The translations under genes and the position numbers were made by a program. Source: an uncultured virus (IMG/VR IMGVR_UViG_3300028048_001604) (taxonomy: Duplodnaviria > Heunggongvirae > Uroviricota > Caudoviricetes). Taken from it: a stretch of 64,000 bases of DNA. Each line of letters begins with the position of its first letter. Position 1 is the stretch's first letter. Shown one piece after another: positions 19,610-29,794 of this stretch. The notes beneath the pieces are model-generated. The model was not told where the DNA came from. It did not search any database and was given only the letters and a program-made list of their open reading frames with translations. Location: IMG/VR virus record IMGVR_UViG_3300028048_001604; one strand, 5' to 3'.

Positions 19610-22600
19610 TATTCAAGCACCTCCTCAAATAAGCCTTCAGCCTGACATTCTTTATATACCGTAATAAGCAAGGTGAGATACTCATCAGAGCCGATTTTAA
19701 TACCCCTTTCATTGGCTACTTCTACAAATGTATCATAGAAAATATCGCCTATCGCTACACCTGATTCTTCTTCACCAGTATCTTCATAATAATCATCGCC
19801 ATCTGCCAAATCACCCAATGAATTATAACTTTGTGGCTGAGTGGTAGAGTTTGGTGTCTCAGGAGTTTCAGAATCATCTAAACCTTCAGCAGAACCGTCT
19901 AAATTTTCTTCAAAATCAGAATCAAAATCTTCACCTACGGCTGCCCTATCAACATCTTCCTCGGTAAAGTATTCTTCAGGTGTGGATTGCATAGTAGTAG
20001 ATGTAGTACCGTCTAGAGCAATATTGTTTTTTGTAAAGAATTTCAAACGAGTTTCTGCGTTTGCTCTAAAAGCACCATTTGTACCCCAACAATTAGCAAT
20101 ATCGTTAATAGTAAACCAGCCTGCAGGACTTAAATCATAAATCAATTCTTGCCAACGAGAATACCCCATTTGGTTTGCTACTCGGTCAGCTACCCTACCA
20201 GACTCACACATCAAATCTTTAATCTCGGCGTCAGTACTATCAGTACCCGTTACAGATTTACGTGTCAGACGAATAAGACCTAAAAACCCTACACCATCTA
20301 CCAACTTATCATCTTCGAGTTCATATGTACCTTGAGGTTTTGTAACATCATCAAAGACTTTTTTAACGTCTTCGGCTGTAAGATGATTATTTGGGTTTGC
20401 TAACCGCTCAGCAAACTGACCTACATATTGATATGCACCAGTCTTATCGTAGTTAACTACACCATTATTGAAAGAAACTTTACACTTCTTATCATTTAAT
20501 ACGAGATATGCCTTAAAAGGTACAATTTTAGCATTATCAACATTACCTTCTGACATAGTTTTTGTAGAAAAAGAACCATTTTTTGCGTCTACATAAATCC
20601 AAGCACTTTTTCCTACCCATTCTTCATTCAGTTTACCATTCACATTAAGCATAGCACTAGGTTTTACATTATTACCCAAGAACCAATCTTGACCAAAAGA
20701 TGTAACTCCGCTATCAAGTATAAGTCTAGGCATAGAATAACTATACTGTGGAGCATAAAATTTGCCTTCGTTTGTCAGTTTGAAGAATGTATCTTCATTA
20801 AATTGAGATGCTATGGATTCTTCTGACGTATAAGCACCTTGAATCTGCTGACCTAAAATAAATATATCGTTATCTTTATCAACTACATTTTTCCAACCTG
20901 CATTGGCTCCATCGCTAACTGCCCTAAATGCAGATGCAATACAACTAATAACAGTATTTGCATAAGCTGTACTATAAGGACTTTTAAACTGTTCGAGTTT
21001 TCTTGTCGCAGTTGACATTTTACGTTCTGCGTCTCGTATCTTTTTAGCCCTAGCTGTTGCACCTTTTTCACTATCTTCTTGTTGAAGAGCATCTATATCA
21101 ATTTGACATTCCTTGATTTGATATTCATAGTCTGCATACCCTTTACCCGATGCTGCGTTGAGTTCAAACATATACTGTAGCAAAGGAGATGTAGGTGAGC
21201 TAACGAAACGTCTAAAACCAGTTTGGAAATTACTAAACTCGTCTAGTAATACTACCAAACCGCCACTAATACCCTCGTCTTGGTCTGTTACCCCACCGAG
21301 TTGCTGAAGTACATCTTTATTACTTGCATTGTTAACTCGTAAAGCCATAATACCCAATACAAAGAGCATAGCTCTCATATAGATAATATCGCCTACCCTA
21401 TCATATGACTTGTAGATGGCTGAATCATCGGGCAAATTCGGTACGCCTGTAAGCATCTCACAAACATCTGGGTGTGCATTTAACCAAGGAGCAGTCTGAT
21501 GATAATACCATTTCAATGCACCACTTTTTGCATTGTAGCATTTACCGTCGCCTTCTGACCAACCACCTGAAACATCGTGGCTAGGAGAAATACCACCACC
21601 TGATACAATAAACATACCGTCTCCTACAAGACCATAGAACATTGAAGCCATATCGGGTTTTCTATCTAGATAAAAGAGTGGCTTGTTATTTGCTATGGCT
21701 GGAGCAATAATATTCATTGTCATAACACCTTTACCTGCTCTAGAGCCTGCGTAGATGTTATGAATCCAGTTATCTTGAAAGTAAAGAGAGCCGTCTCTAG
21801 ATTCAGAAGAATAAACTTCCTTACCCGATGGTGACTCACCTAAAAGAATGTTAAACCAATTCGCCTTTATACCATTCTTAATATTATTTTCTTGAACTCG
21901 GAAACCCCACAAAGGTTTTACCCCAGCTAACTGAGGGTTAAATTCGTGATGATATTCTGCTACCCTAATATTTGGAATAACATTACCGTCTGATGCAGTT
22001 ACAGGAATATCGATTCTGTCTTCAAAATTAGAAGTATCGTTTACATCAATACCCTTTGTATATAAGTCTTTTACATCAATTTCCTTAAAAGTACCCGTAG
22101 TATCTGCAATACGTACAGAAATACTTGCTGTTTCCCCACCAACTACCTCGTAACGAGTAAGTATGAACATAGTTTGCAAACTTCTTACAAGAGCATCCAT
22201 ACGATTACTAATTTTATCACGATACTGAGCAGAATCTTGTAATAACTTAACTACGGAATCATAAGCCTCAAAATCAGAAAGTTCAGCCTCGGAGTTGGCG
22301 TACCCCTTTTCTACTAGGCTTTGCTTAAGCTGACTTAAAGCAGATTTTGTATTAAGACCAGATTCAATGTAGCCTGCTTCTTTCATAATCATCTCAAAGA
22401 GTTTTACATACCCGTTTTCAATGATTTCTTTTAAGGCTGGGATTACAAAATTATCCATATATTTTGTTAGAGTACCAGTCTTGCTAGAATCTACAATCTT
22501 CTCGTACTTTCGTTTACTTAATGTGTTCTGCAACGGCTGTAAACCAAATACAAATTCAGCCACCTTATTTGGAAAATATACAGTATAGTCAGTATGATTG

Positions 22601-23472
22601 AAAACTTCGTTATAATCAATCTGACGAGAAGAACTATCTAAGATGTAACCCTTATCGGTTTTTTCGTACAAAACATCAGAAACTGCCTTTAAAACCTGTA
22701 TCTCTGTTTCAACAGGTTCATCAAACCCGTCTAACTTTAACTTCTCCTTGATAGTTTTTAGACCGTCATCAGCAGTAACTTTTACAAAACTGTACGGATT
22801 TTTACTAGTATTAATTACTTTATCGTTTAACTGATGCCCCCAAATACCCACGTATGGGTGCAGACCAAAGTTTTCTGAAAGTAAGGCACGATATGTACCA
22901 TCTAGAATATTCATAATATGGGCAATACTAGTTTTTACACTAGGGTTAGCAAGAATAACTGCCTTTGCTTTCTTTGAAATACCCGAAGTATCGGTCTCTA
23001 CTATATAAAGTTTATATGTGTTGATAATATCTTGTTTTAATTCAGACAAAGGTAAATTATCATAACTTGTCTCACGAATATTTGTCTTTAGACATTTTTC
23101 AATATTCGCCTTGACAGTTTGCGTACTAATCTCTTCACCTGTTGTTAGGTATGCTGCTACAATATCTTCACACAAATCGCTAAAACCAAACTTATCAATT
23201 TTAACATCTATGTTGTCTGGCTTATCAATAAGTTCTTTTACCTTATTGTAGGCTAACATATAACAACTAGCAGTTATAAACTTTAATTTATTCTTGTTTT
23301 CATCATCGCTACCCCCTTCAGACGTAAAGCTATTCTGTACATTCTTAGCCTGCGTCTCTAATTCGGGATAAGTTTTAATTAAAGACGAAATACCATTATA
23401 TGCTACCTCAAAAGTAACTTTTTGAGTTTGCTCAGTTGTCTTATCTACTTTGGATTCGTTTACCTCAACCAT
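19609..23472 (-). CDS. large FtsK/HerA/VirD4-like P-loop ATPase with acidic tail
   Basis: Walker A IYAGSRAGKG, LFYLDRKPD strand, Walker B VVLLDEF, FILGQQ sensor-like motif. Confidence 0.6.
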   Translation of the reverse strand: MVEVNESKVDKTTEQTQKVTFEVAYNGISSLIKTYPELETQAKNVQNSFTSEGGSDDENKNKLKFITASCYMLAYNKVKELIDKPDNIDVKIDKFGFSDLCEDIVAAYLTTGEEISTQTVKANIEKCLKTNIRETSYDNLPLSELKQDIINTYKLYIVETDTSGISKKAKAVILANPSVKTSIAHIMNILDGTYRALLSENFGLHPYVGIWGHQLNDKVINTSKNPYSFVKVTADDGLKTIKEKLKLDGFDEPVETEIQVLKAVSDVLYEKTDKGYILDSSSRQIDYNEVFNHTDYTVYFPNKVAEFVFGLQPLQNTLSKRKYEKIVDSSKTGTLTKYMDNFVIPALKEIIENGYVKLFEMIMKEAGYIESGLNTKSALSQLKQSLVEKGYANSEAELSDFEAYDSVVKLLQDSAQYRDKISNRMDALVRSLQTMFILTRYEVVGGETASISVRIADTTGTFKEIDVKDLYTKGIDVNDTSNFEDRIDIPVTASDGNVIPNIRVAEYHHEFNPQLAGVKPLWGFRVQENNIKNGIKANWFNILLGESPSGKEVYSSESRDGSLYFQDNWIHNIYAGSRAGKGVMTMNIIAPAIANNKPLFYLDRKPDMASMFYGLVGDGMFIVSGGGISPSHDVSGGWSEGDGKCYNAKSGALKWYYHQTAPWLNAHPDVCEMLTGVPNLPDDSAIYKSYDRVGDIIYMRAMLFVLGIMALRVNNASNKDVLQQLGGVTDQDEGISGGLVVLLDEFSNFQTGFRRFVSSPTSPLLQYMFELNAASGKGYADYEYQIKECQIDIDALQQEDSEKGATARAKKIRDAERKMSTATRKLEQFKSPYSTAYANTVISCIASAFRAVSDGANAGWKNVVDKDNDIFILGQQIQGAYTSEESIASQFNEDTFFKLTNEGKFYAPQYSYSMPRLILDSGVTSFGQDWFLGNNVKPSAMLNVNGKLNEEWVGKSAWIYVDAKNGSFSTKTMSEGNVDNAKIVPFKAYLVLNDKKCKVSFNNGVVNYDKTGAYQYVGQFAERLANPNNHLTAEDVKKVFDDVTKPQGTYELEDDKLVDGVGFLGLIRLTRKSVTGTDSTDAEIKDLMCESGRVADRVANQMGYSRWQELIYDLSPAGWFTINDIANCWGTNGAFRANAETRLKFFTKNNIALDGTTSTTMQSTPEEYFTEEDVDRAAVGEDFDSDFEENLDGSAEGLDDSETPETPNSTTQPQSYNSLGDLADGDDYYEDTGEEESGVAIGDIFYDTFVEVANERGIKIGSDEYLTLLITVYKECQAEGLFEEVLE

Positions 23473-24347
23473 TTTAAAATCTCCTTATCATTCAATAGTG
23501 CATAAATAACATCATAAGATTTTGCACTTACAGGTGTCTTAATATCAAATACTGAATATAAGAGGTTGCTAATTGCAGGATTCTTTATATTTGGTTCTTT
23601 GAGTACCCCTAAACTTGTTCCTGAACCAATACTATCATATTTTCTACGAGTTAATTCTAGTGCCTTTACACGCTTAATGTAGTCTGGATTATCTGGACTG
23701 ATATTTAAAAACCTATTCATAAGTCTGTTTATAACTTCAGCGTCAAAACGATTCTTTTGATACCTGAGAATATCCATATCAAGGTCTGCTGTATCAGTAA
23801 TTACTTTTGTTTTGAAATACCCCATTTCTTTAGAAGTATAATACTTCTCAAAAGTATTCATCGGGAAGAAAAGTTTATACCCAAAAGTTCTCTGGAATTC
23901 TTGCAGATGAGATTCAATGTCTACAACTGCTTTGGCGACTACATTAATACTATACTTTTTATATTCACTATCAATGTAGTTTCTCGCGTCTTTATTGTCT
24001 AGACAATCAGTATTACCAATTCTGTCTGAAAGAACTAGATTACTTGACTTGTAGCAGAAAGGAATGTCTTGTGGCTTACCCGTATAAACTAGAAATGTAT
24101 CTATTGCAAGGCGTTCCATTCTTACCTCCTCAAGTTCTTTACAATAATACTTGTTTGTATTTATACCAACTAGGTTATTGAAAGACAGATTGCTTGAATG
24201 ATTTAAGGCTCTCTTGATAGATGCAGAAGTCTCACTAGTACCCGTATAATGGTTAGCAATAAGTACACCTACAAATAATTCTCTATACTTATCAATACCA
24301 TTTTCGCCATCTACAATAGCCTTGATTTTTTCATAAATGTCTGGCAT
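23460..24347 (-). CDS. hypothetical protein
   Basis: 295-aa ORF overlapping both neighbours. Confidence 0.7.
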   Translation of the reverse strand: MPDIYEKIKAIVDGENGIDKYRELFVGVLIANHYTGTSETSASIKRALNHSSNLSFNNLVGINTNKYYCKELEEVRMERLAIDTFLVYTGKPQDIPFCYKSSNLVLSDRIGNTDCLDNKDARNYIDSEYKKYSINVVAKAVVDIESHLQEFQRTFGYKLFFPMNTFEKYYTSKEMGYFKTKVITDTADLDMDILRYQKNRFDAEVINRLMNRFLNISPDNPDYIKRVKALELTRRKYDSIGSGTSLGVLKEPNIKNPAISNLLYSVFDIKTPVSAKSYDVIYALLNDKEILKWLR

Positions 24348-25429
24348 TAGATATTCACCTCCTCTACAAGAATTTCTTTATAATGTTTCATTAATTTCAA
24401 AGCAGGTGTGGTTTGCTTTAATTCAATCTTATACTTTTCGATACATTCATAAGATACTTCTGAACATTTACAAGCAAAATACCCATTATGCTTTAAAGAC
24501 CTATAAAAACTATCAATCCAAGGTTCGTCTTTATACTTTTCATAGAATGTCTTGTAAATATAAGTATTACAATACATAACTATTTTAGCAACTCGTTCTT
24601 TTATTATGGGTTCTAGAGAATGTTCTAGGTCTTTTATGTCTAATTCATTACTCTTAATAAGAGTAAACTGATTGGCGTCAAAGTTAGCAAAAATAACACA
24701 AAGATTGTCTTGTAGACCATGTAATAGAGAACTATAAGTATGAAGTAAATCTTCTACCTTATGCTTACTATCCGTATCATGTTCAGTTCTAACTTCAGCA
24801 ACTTTTGTAGCCTTATCTATATGCTCTTTTGCCTCAATGATAGCCTTGAAATGCCTATTCAGTGGACTACCATCTCTATCTAATTCATAGAACTGACCTG
24901 AAGAACCATAGCTTTTCCACCATGAATTACCATTAAATATTTCACAACTTTGAATATGCAGACCTTGAGTTTCGTCTGCAAAAGCATACCCTTTATTCTT
25001 GAGTACAAACTCATAATACTGCTTTATGTTAACATTGTCTACGAGGTAGATACCCTTTAGACGGGAGAAACGCTTACAAACACTACCTTTTAAGTCTCCG
25101 TTGAAACCTGTGTAACCCTTTATCAAAGCTTTAGGGTTGTATAGGTAGTTTACCCAATCTGGTCTGTCGGCAAGAATAACAATTTCTTCCAAAGATGCTA
25201 AAATCTTTGGTTCAACTGCTACACTAACCAAATCTATGCTTTCACCTTTTTGTACGTCTCTACCCAAATCGTCAGGGCTGTATGGTGCAAATTTTGGTTT
25301 GATACCAATGTGAAAACAAATAATCGTTCCATATGGGCTTATAATAAGCCGTCTGATATTGTTGGGTGAATAATATGCCATATTATTAGAGTAGTCTAAA
25401 GCCCTTTGTAGTTTTGCCTTTACACTCAT
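24347..25429 (-). CDS. hypothetical protein
   Basis: 360-aa ORF, first gene of an overlapping four-gene unit. Confidence 0.7.
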   Translation of the reverse strand: MSVKAKLQRALDYSNNMAYYSPNNIRRLIISPYGTIICFHIGIKPKFAPYSPDDLGRDVQKGESIDLVSVAVEPKILASLEEIVILADRPDWVNYLYNPKALIKGYTGFNGDLKGSVCKRFSRLKGIYLVDNVNIKQYYEFVLKNKGYAFADETQGLHIQSCEIFNGNSWWKSYGSSGQFYELDRDGSPLNRHFKAIIEAKEHIDKATKVAEVRTEHDTDSKHKVEDLLHTYSSLLHGLQDNLCVIFANFDANQFTLIKSNELDIKDLEHSLEPIIKERVAKIVMYCNTYIYKTFYEKYKDEPWIDSFYRSLKHNGYFACKCSEVSYECIEKYKIELKQTTPALKLMKHYKEILVEEVNI

Positions 25430-25478
25430 TTTGACCTGCCTTTCTATGAAATACCTATTATATTATATCTCAATACAC

Positions 25479-25514
25479 AAAAAATACGGAGTTACAAATA
25501 TTGCAACTCCGTAT
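25479..25514 (-). terminator. intrinsic terminator
   Basis: minus strand ATACGGAGTTGCAA-tat-TTGTAACTCCGTAT followed by TTTTT. Confidence 0.8.
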
Positions 25515-25543
25515 CTCTTAAACTATTTATATTATATGCACTA

Positions 25544-28500
25544 TTATGAGTTTACAAGTGCCCCAAGATTAGCATCTTCAAATGTAATACTAGCTGCACC
25601 TTCATCGATATGTCTTACGAAGTAAAGTTTGGTCTGTAAAGTATCAGAAACCGTAACTGTGCTTGGAACAAGATTCATATCAAAGTTTGCGTCATACCCC
25701 TGAATAAGGGTGGAATCGTTTGCGGTTACAGTACTACCCGAATCACTAACCAACTTATACTTTGAGTTATCTACAACTATATCCTCACCCGTTGTATTTG
25801 TATAGGTTACGTCTACAACTAACATACCACTAGTAGTCTCATTTGTATTTACCGTATACTGAGCAGTTAAGTTATTAGGTAATGCTGCGGAAACCTGACT
25901 ATACTTATTCGTAGTATCTGCTGAATCGTTACCCTGAACTAGAGTATCGTGTACAGTATCCTTAAATTTTGTGTAGATGTCATAACTTTCTTTATCTCTT
26001 GTACTCAAAGCATTAGGGTCTTCAATGTTTGAATATCTCTTTATAAACCAAATAGCATTTACCTTATTTAGCTTAATTTTACCCTTGCTTTCTTCGTCTG
26101 CAAACTTAATCAGAGAATCAATAAACACATCCTTTGATTCTACACTAGGAGTGAAATCGTAATTAGTAGGGTTGAGATACATAATAAAGTCTGTATAGAA
26201 ATTTGCAAGTACATTAACGTCTTTGAAGTCTGCTGCTGACTTAACATCACTTATCTTAGCTTTTCCAGCTTTGTGAGTAAACTCGCCTGTTATAGTATAA
26301 TTATACCCGTCTAGAACATAGTTTGATGTTAGGTTTACAGTTTGTGTGTCTGCACCATCAATACTCGTATATTTATCAGACTCACCTGATACCCGAAGAT
26401 TGATATCCTTGTTACTATGTGTAGACATATAGTCTGCCATAGAATTCATAGACTTTACAAATAAAGGCTTGTTTGCTTTTGCTACCTTGTAGCCATCTTT
26501 ACTATAAAGTGTCTCGGCATTTGAGATGTAACTATCATATGCATTACCACTATTCTGCACTAGAGAACGAATGGAATCGAGAATACCATCAGTATCTTTT
26601 GCACCGAGGTTTAATACAGTACCGTCTGTATTACCCTTCTTATCTGTCTTAAAATACTTGCTTAATGTCGATGTAAGCATTTTTCTTACGAGAGCAATTC
26701 TATCAGTTTTCTGTGTGATACCCGTGGCTGATGCGTCATTGCTTAAACCAAATACATTAAAAACTAAATCAGATGATTTACACTTAATGTAAGCTGACGT
26801 ATTCAGATTAAGGTCTTTACCAAGATTATGCAGATATGCGTCAGAAGTACTATTCAAGTAAGTCATAAGTTTGCCTGCATTGATATAAGTATTATCTTTA
26901 TCTACTAGAATATCAGTGAGTTCAGCACTTTTATCTTTAGTAGTAAGATAAATTGTAGCTGAGTACTTATCGGCACTCTTCTTCTGCCCTTTTACTTCTA
27001 CAATATAGTTTGGCGAATCCCAATAATTTGTAGCAAGGTCTGAATCAGAAGTCCAAGCATTTTCGGTCTTACCCGTATCTTTAGTACCCTTTGATGTTGC
27101 CTCTGCCCTTTTACCAAAATCATTCGCAGTTTTATCATTATTGTTAGAAGAATCTCCAACTGCAGAACTTGTAACTGTGAACTTATAATTAAAAGTACCA
27201 GTCTGGGCATCGAAAATGGCATTTAGGTCGTCAGTAAAACTCGAACCTTTAGTAAAGAACTTAAATGCAACAAAGCCTGCTAATGCAATAATCAATACAA
27301 TACCCACGATTAAAAGACCTTTTTTATGAGTCTTACGACTTTTGTCATTAGGCTTTGGCTTTTTATCATTAGGCTTTGTCTCCTCAGGCTTTTTTGGCTT
27401 TTTACCAAAATGTTTCTTTGGTTTCTGTTCCGCCTCAACAGGTTTCTGCTCTACCTCGATAGGTTTCTGGGTACTCTCTGTATCATCAAAACCAAAATCT
27501 GAAATAGCCTGTGCTAACTCGTCTAATCTTTCATTGTTTGGTTCAACAGGAGCTTCGTCTGACTTGATACCCTGTTCATTCTGAGTTCCGTTTGATTTGA
27601 TACCCTGTTCATTGGTAGTTTCGTCTGGCTTACTATTATATTCAGCAGAAGTTTCGTCTGGCTTGATACCCTGTTCATTCGGCACTTCTTCAGATTCATC
27701 TGGAGCATACATATCAGTACCTGTAAATTCAGAGATAGCAGATGCTAGAGCTAAACAATTTTCAGAAATTGGTTCTTCATCTGTCTGGCTGATAATTGTA
27801 TCTGTACCAAACAAATCATCTTCTTCATCATTAAAAGACCAATCAGATTCGTCAATAACCTTATCTGTAGGCTCTGACTTGGATTGTTCAGTATCTGCCA
27901 TGCTGCCAGATGGCTCATTAGCGAACAAGTCATCATCAGTGAACAGATTACCCTTGTTTTCAGAGGAAGTTTCGTCTGCGAATAAATCTTCATCTTCTTC
28001 TGAATCGGTATTGTCTTCATCAGCAAACAGAGAATCATCTTCGTCTGATACAGGCTCTTCGACACTATCATCGTCTGTAAACAAAGATTCATCTTCATCA
28101 TTGGAATCATCTGACTCTTCGTCACTATCGTCTTCATTAGCAAACAGAGAATCATCTTCATCAGTATTATCAGATACAGACTCTTCGTTGCTATCCTCTT
28201 CGTCTGCAAACAGAGAGTCATCTTCATCAGTATCTAAATCATCATAACTAATACCCGATTCTGTATCATCTTCTTCTGAATCTAAATCGTCATAGTTGAT
28301 ACCCGATTCATCTGGCTCGGTATCAATAACATCTTCACCTGAATCAATAGCATCTTCTTCTGAATCTAAATCGTCATAGTTGATATCCGATTCATCTGGC
28401 TCATCAATACTCGATTTGTTATCCGTACTTGAATCATCTGGTTCAATATCATCAGAATCTAAATCATCATAATTGATGTCTTCTTCCGAATCAAAACTAT

Positions 28501-29134
28501 CATTAGCTTGTTCAGTATCGGCACTAGCTTTGGGATTTACCTCTGTATCATTAGAATCTGAATCATTGAAGATTGGTTCTTCATCATCAAAATTCAAATC
28601 ACCGTCAAATGAAAAATCGTCTGATACATCATCAGTTGAATCATCGATAGAATCGTCTGATACGTCATCAGTATCGAAATCAATATCAAACGAAAAATCA
28701 TCTGATACATCATCGAAAGAATTATCAGTAGGCTCGTCTGATACCTCATTGTTGGTTTCCTCGATAGAATCGTCAACTGGCTCTTTATCAGAATCATCTA
28801 ATATATTGTCAAAAGACTCTTCGGAAGAATCGTCTGATACCGTATTGGCTGGTTCATCGATAGAACCGTCTGATACCATATTGATTGATTCATCGATAGA
28901 ATCATCCGATACCCTATCGGTAGAACCACCTGCTACTTTATCGGTAGAGTCACTTGATACCCTTTCAGTGTGCTCCTCTGCCTTGGTTTTCAAACCAATA
29001 CACTCGCCTTCGGTACCCTTGACATTTTCAGATGTCTCTGGTACTGCTCCATTATGCACCCAATCTCGATACCGAACCTGTTCATCAGGCGGTAGGGATG
29101 CATACTCGGAGCGAGTAAGCTTTCTAGTAAACAT
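25544..29134 (-). CDS. 1196-aa single-pass membrane protein: very acidic repetitive N-terminal region, TM helix, extracellular domain with Ig-like C-terminus
   Basis: D/E/S-rich repeats (VSDDSID, INYDDLDSEED, DDSLFADE), KKG then LLIVGIVLIIALAGFVAF TM, C-terminal VVDVTYTNTT..YKLVSDSG beta-sandwich-like segment. Confidence 0.8.
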   Translation of the reverse strand: MFTRKLTRSEYASLPPDEQVRYRDWVHNGAVPETSENVKGTEGECIGLKTKAEEHTERVSSDSTDKVAGGSTDRVSDDSIDESINMVSDGSIDEPANTVSDDSSEESFDNILDDSDKEPVDDSIEETNNEVSDEPTDNSFDDVSDDFSFDIDFDTDDVSDDSIDDSTDDVSDDFSFDGDLNFDDEEPIFNDSDSNDTEVNPKASADTEQANDSFDSEEDINYDDLDSDDIEPDDSSTDNKSSIDEPDESDINYDDLDSEEDAIDSGEDVIDTEPDESGINYDDLDSEEDDTESGISYDDLDTDEDDSLFADEEDSNEESVSDNTDEDDSLFANEDDSDEESDDSNDEDESLFTDDDSVEEPVSDEDDSLFADEDNTDSEEDEDLFADETSSENKGNLFTDDDLFANEPSGSMADTEQSKSEPTDKVIDESDWSFNDEEDDLFGTDTIISQTDEEPISENCLALASAISEFTGTDMYAPDESEEVPNEQGIKPDETSAEYNSKPDETTNEQGIKSNGTQNEQGIKSDEAPVEPNNERLDELAQAISDFGFDDTESTQKPIEVEQKPVEAEQKPKKHFGKKPKKPEETKPNDKKPKPNDKSRKTHKKGLLIVGIVLIIALAGFVAFKFFTKGSSFTDDLNAIFDAQTGTFNYKFTVTSSAVGDSSNNNDKTANDFGKRAEATSKGTKDTGKTENAWTSDSDLATNYWDSPNYIVEVKGQKKSADKYSATIYLTTKDKSAELTDILVDKDNTYINAGKLMTYLNSTSDAYLHNLGKDLNLNTSAYIKCKSSDLVFNVFGLSNDASATGITQKTDRIALVRKMLTSTLSKYFKTDKKGNTDGTVLNLGAKDTDGILDSIRSLVQNSGNAYDSYISNAETLYSKDGYKVAKANKPLFVKSMNSMADYMSTHSNKDINLRVSGESDKYTSIDGADTQTVNLTSNYVLDGYNYTITGEFTHKAGKAKISDVKSAADFKDVNVLANFYTDFIMYLNPTNYDFTPSVESKDVFIDSLIKFADEESKGKIKLNKVNAIWFIKRYSNIEDPNALSTRDKESYDIYTKFKDTVHDTLVQGNDSADTTNKYSQVSAALPNNLTAQYTVNTNETTSGMLVVDVTYTNTTGEDIVVDNSKYKLVSDSGSTVTANDSTLIQGYDANFDMNLVPSTVTVSDTLQTKLYFVRHIDEGAASITFEDANLGALVNS

Positions 29135-29222
29135 AAATTTTACCTGCCTTTCTAAATAAAATAAATAGAATTCCTATCGCAATAACTACCTTTGGCTGAA
29201 AGCTACTTAGTAGTTTTCTCAA

Positions 29223-29264
29223 GGCGTGAAGTACCCCTCAGCTAAAGCAGAGGGGATTTACGCC
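29223..29264. mobile_element. IS200/IS605-family terminal palindrome (hairpin)
   Basis: minus strand GGCGTAAATCCCCTCTGCTTTAGCTGAGGGGTACTTCACGCC, a GC stem with CTTTAG loop ending in TTCAC, abutting tnpB. Confidence 0.65.
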
Positions 29265-29668
29265 ACCAAAGTTAAACTAGGAAACTTAATATGCTTTTCA
29301 TCAACTGAATAAACCCTATCATATCTTACGTAAAAGCCTTCTTTACATTTGCCTTTCTTCTTAAACCTTGGGTAGCCTCTACAACCTCGCTTGAAAAAAT
29401 TTGAATATGCCTTAAGCATATCTTTTACTGCCTGCTTAATTGTCTCTGAGCTATAAGACTGCAACCATTTATACTCTGCTGTGTATTTCATGTCTGTTAT
29501 TTGTCTCATAATTTCTTTTTGACCTAAAACAATGCCTTTATTTTTATAAGCATCTTCTTTCATAGCAAGTGAAAAATTGTAGATAAATCTTGATACGCCT
29601 GCATTTTGTTTTAGCCATTCTTCCTGTGACTTATCTGGCTTTAATCTAAGCCTTCGACCTACAATCAT
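29258..29668 (-). pseudogene. tnpB: Truncated TnpB (IS200/IS605/IS607 OrfB); N-terminal 136 aa only, no RuvC or Zn finger
   Basis: RLRLKPDKSQ...AGVSRFIYNFSL...KWL...QAVKDMLKAYSNFFK...YPRFKKKG. Confidence 0.85.
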
Positions 29669-29754
29669 AAAACCACCACCTTCAAAGCATTGATAATTCT
29701 ATATTTTTAATTACCCGACAATCGGTCTTTACTATAATACCCTTACTAAAGGTT

Positions 29755-29783
29755 ATTGTACCATAAATATGCACAAAAGTCAA
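29755..29783 (-). promoter_or_regulatory. sigmaA promoter upstream of truncated tnpB
   Basis: TTGACT-17 nt-TACAAT with TG extension. Confidence 0.7.
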
Positions 29784-29794
29784 GCGGTCTGCAA

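Noticed and set aside
27342..29159. Long Ser-rich plus-strand ORFs and Met-rich alternative-frame ORFs
   Set aside because: Shadows of the low-complexity acidic gene on the minus strand.
29205..29230. Sequence flanking the IS hairpin (GCCTTGAGAAAAC on minus) as a TnpB guide against the repeat GCCTTGACAAAC at about 12545
   Set aside because: Only 7 contiguous matches in AT-rich DNA, compatible with chance; the TnpB is also truncated.
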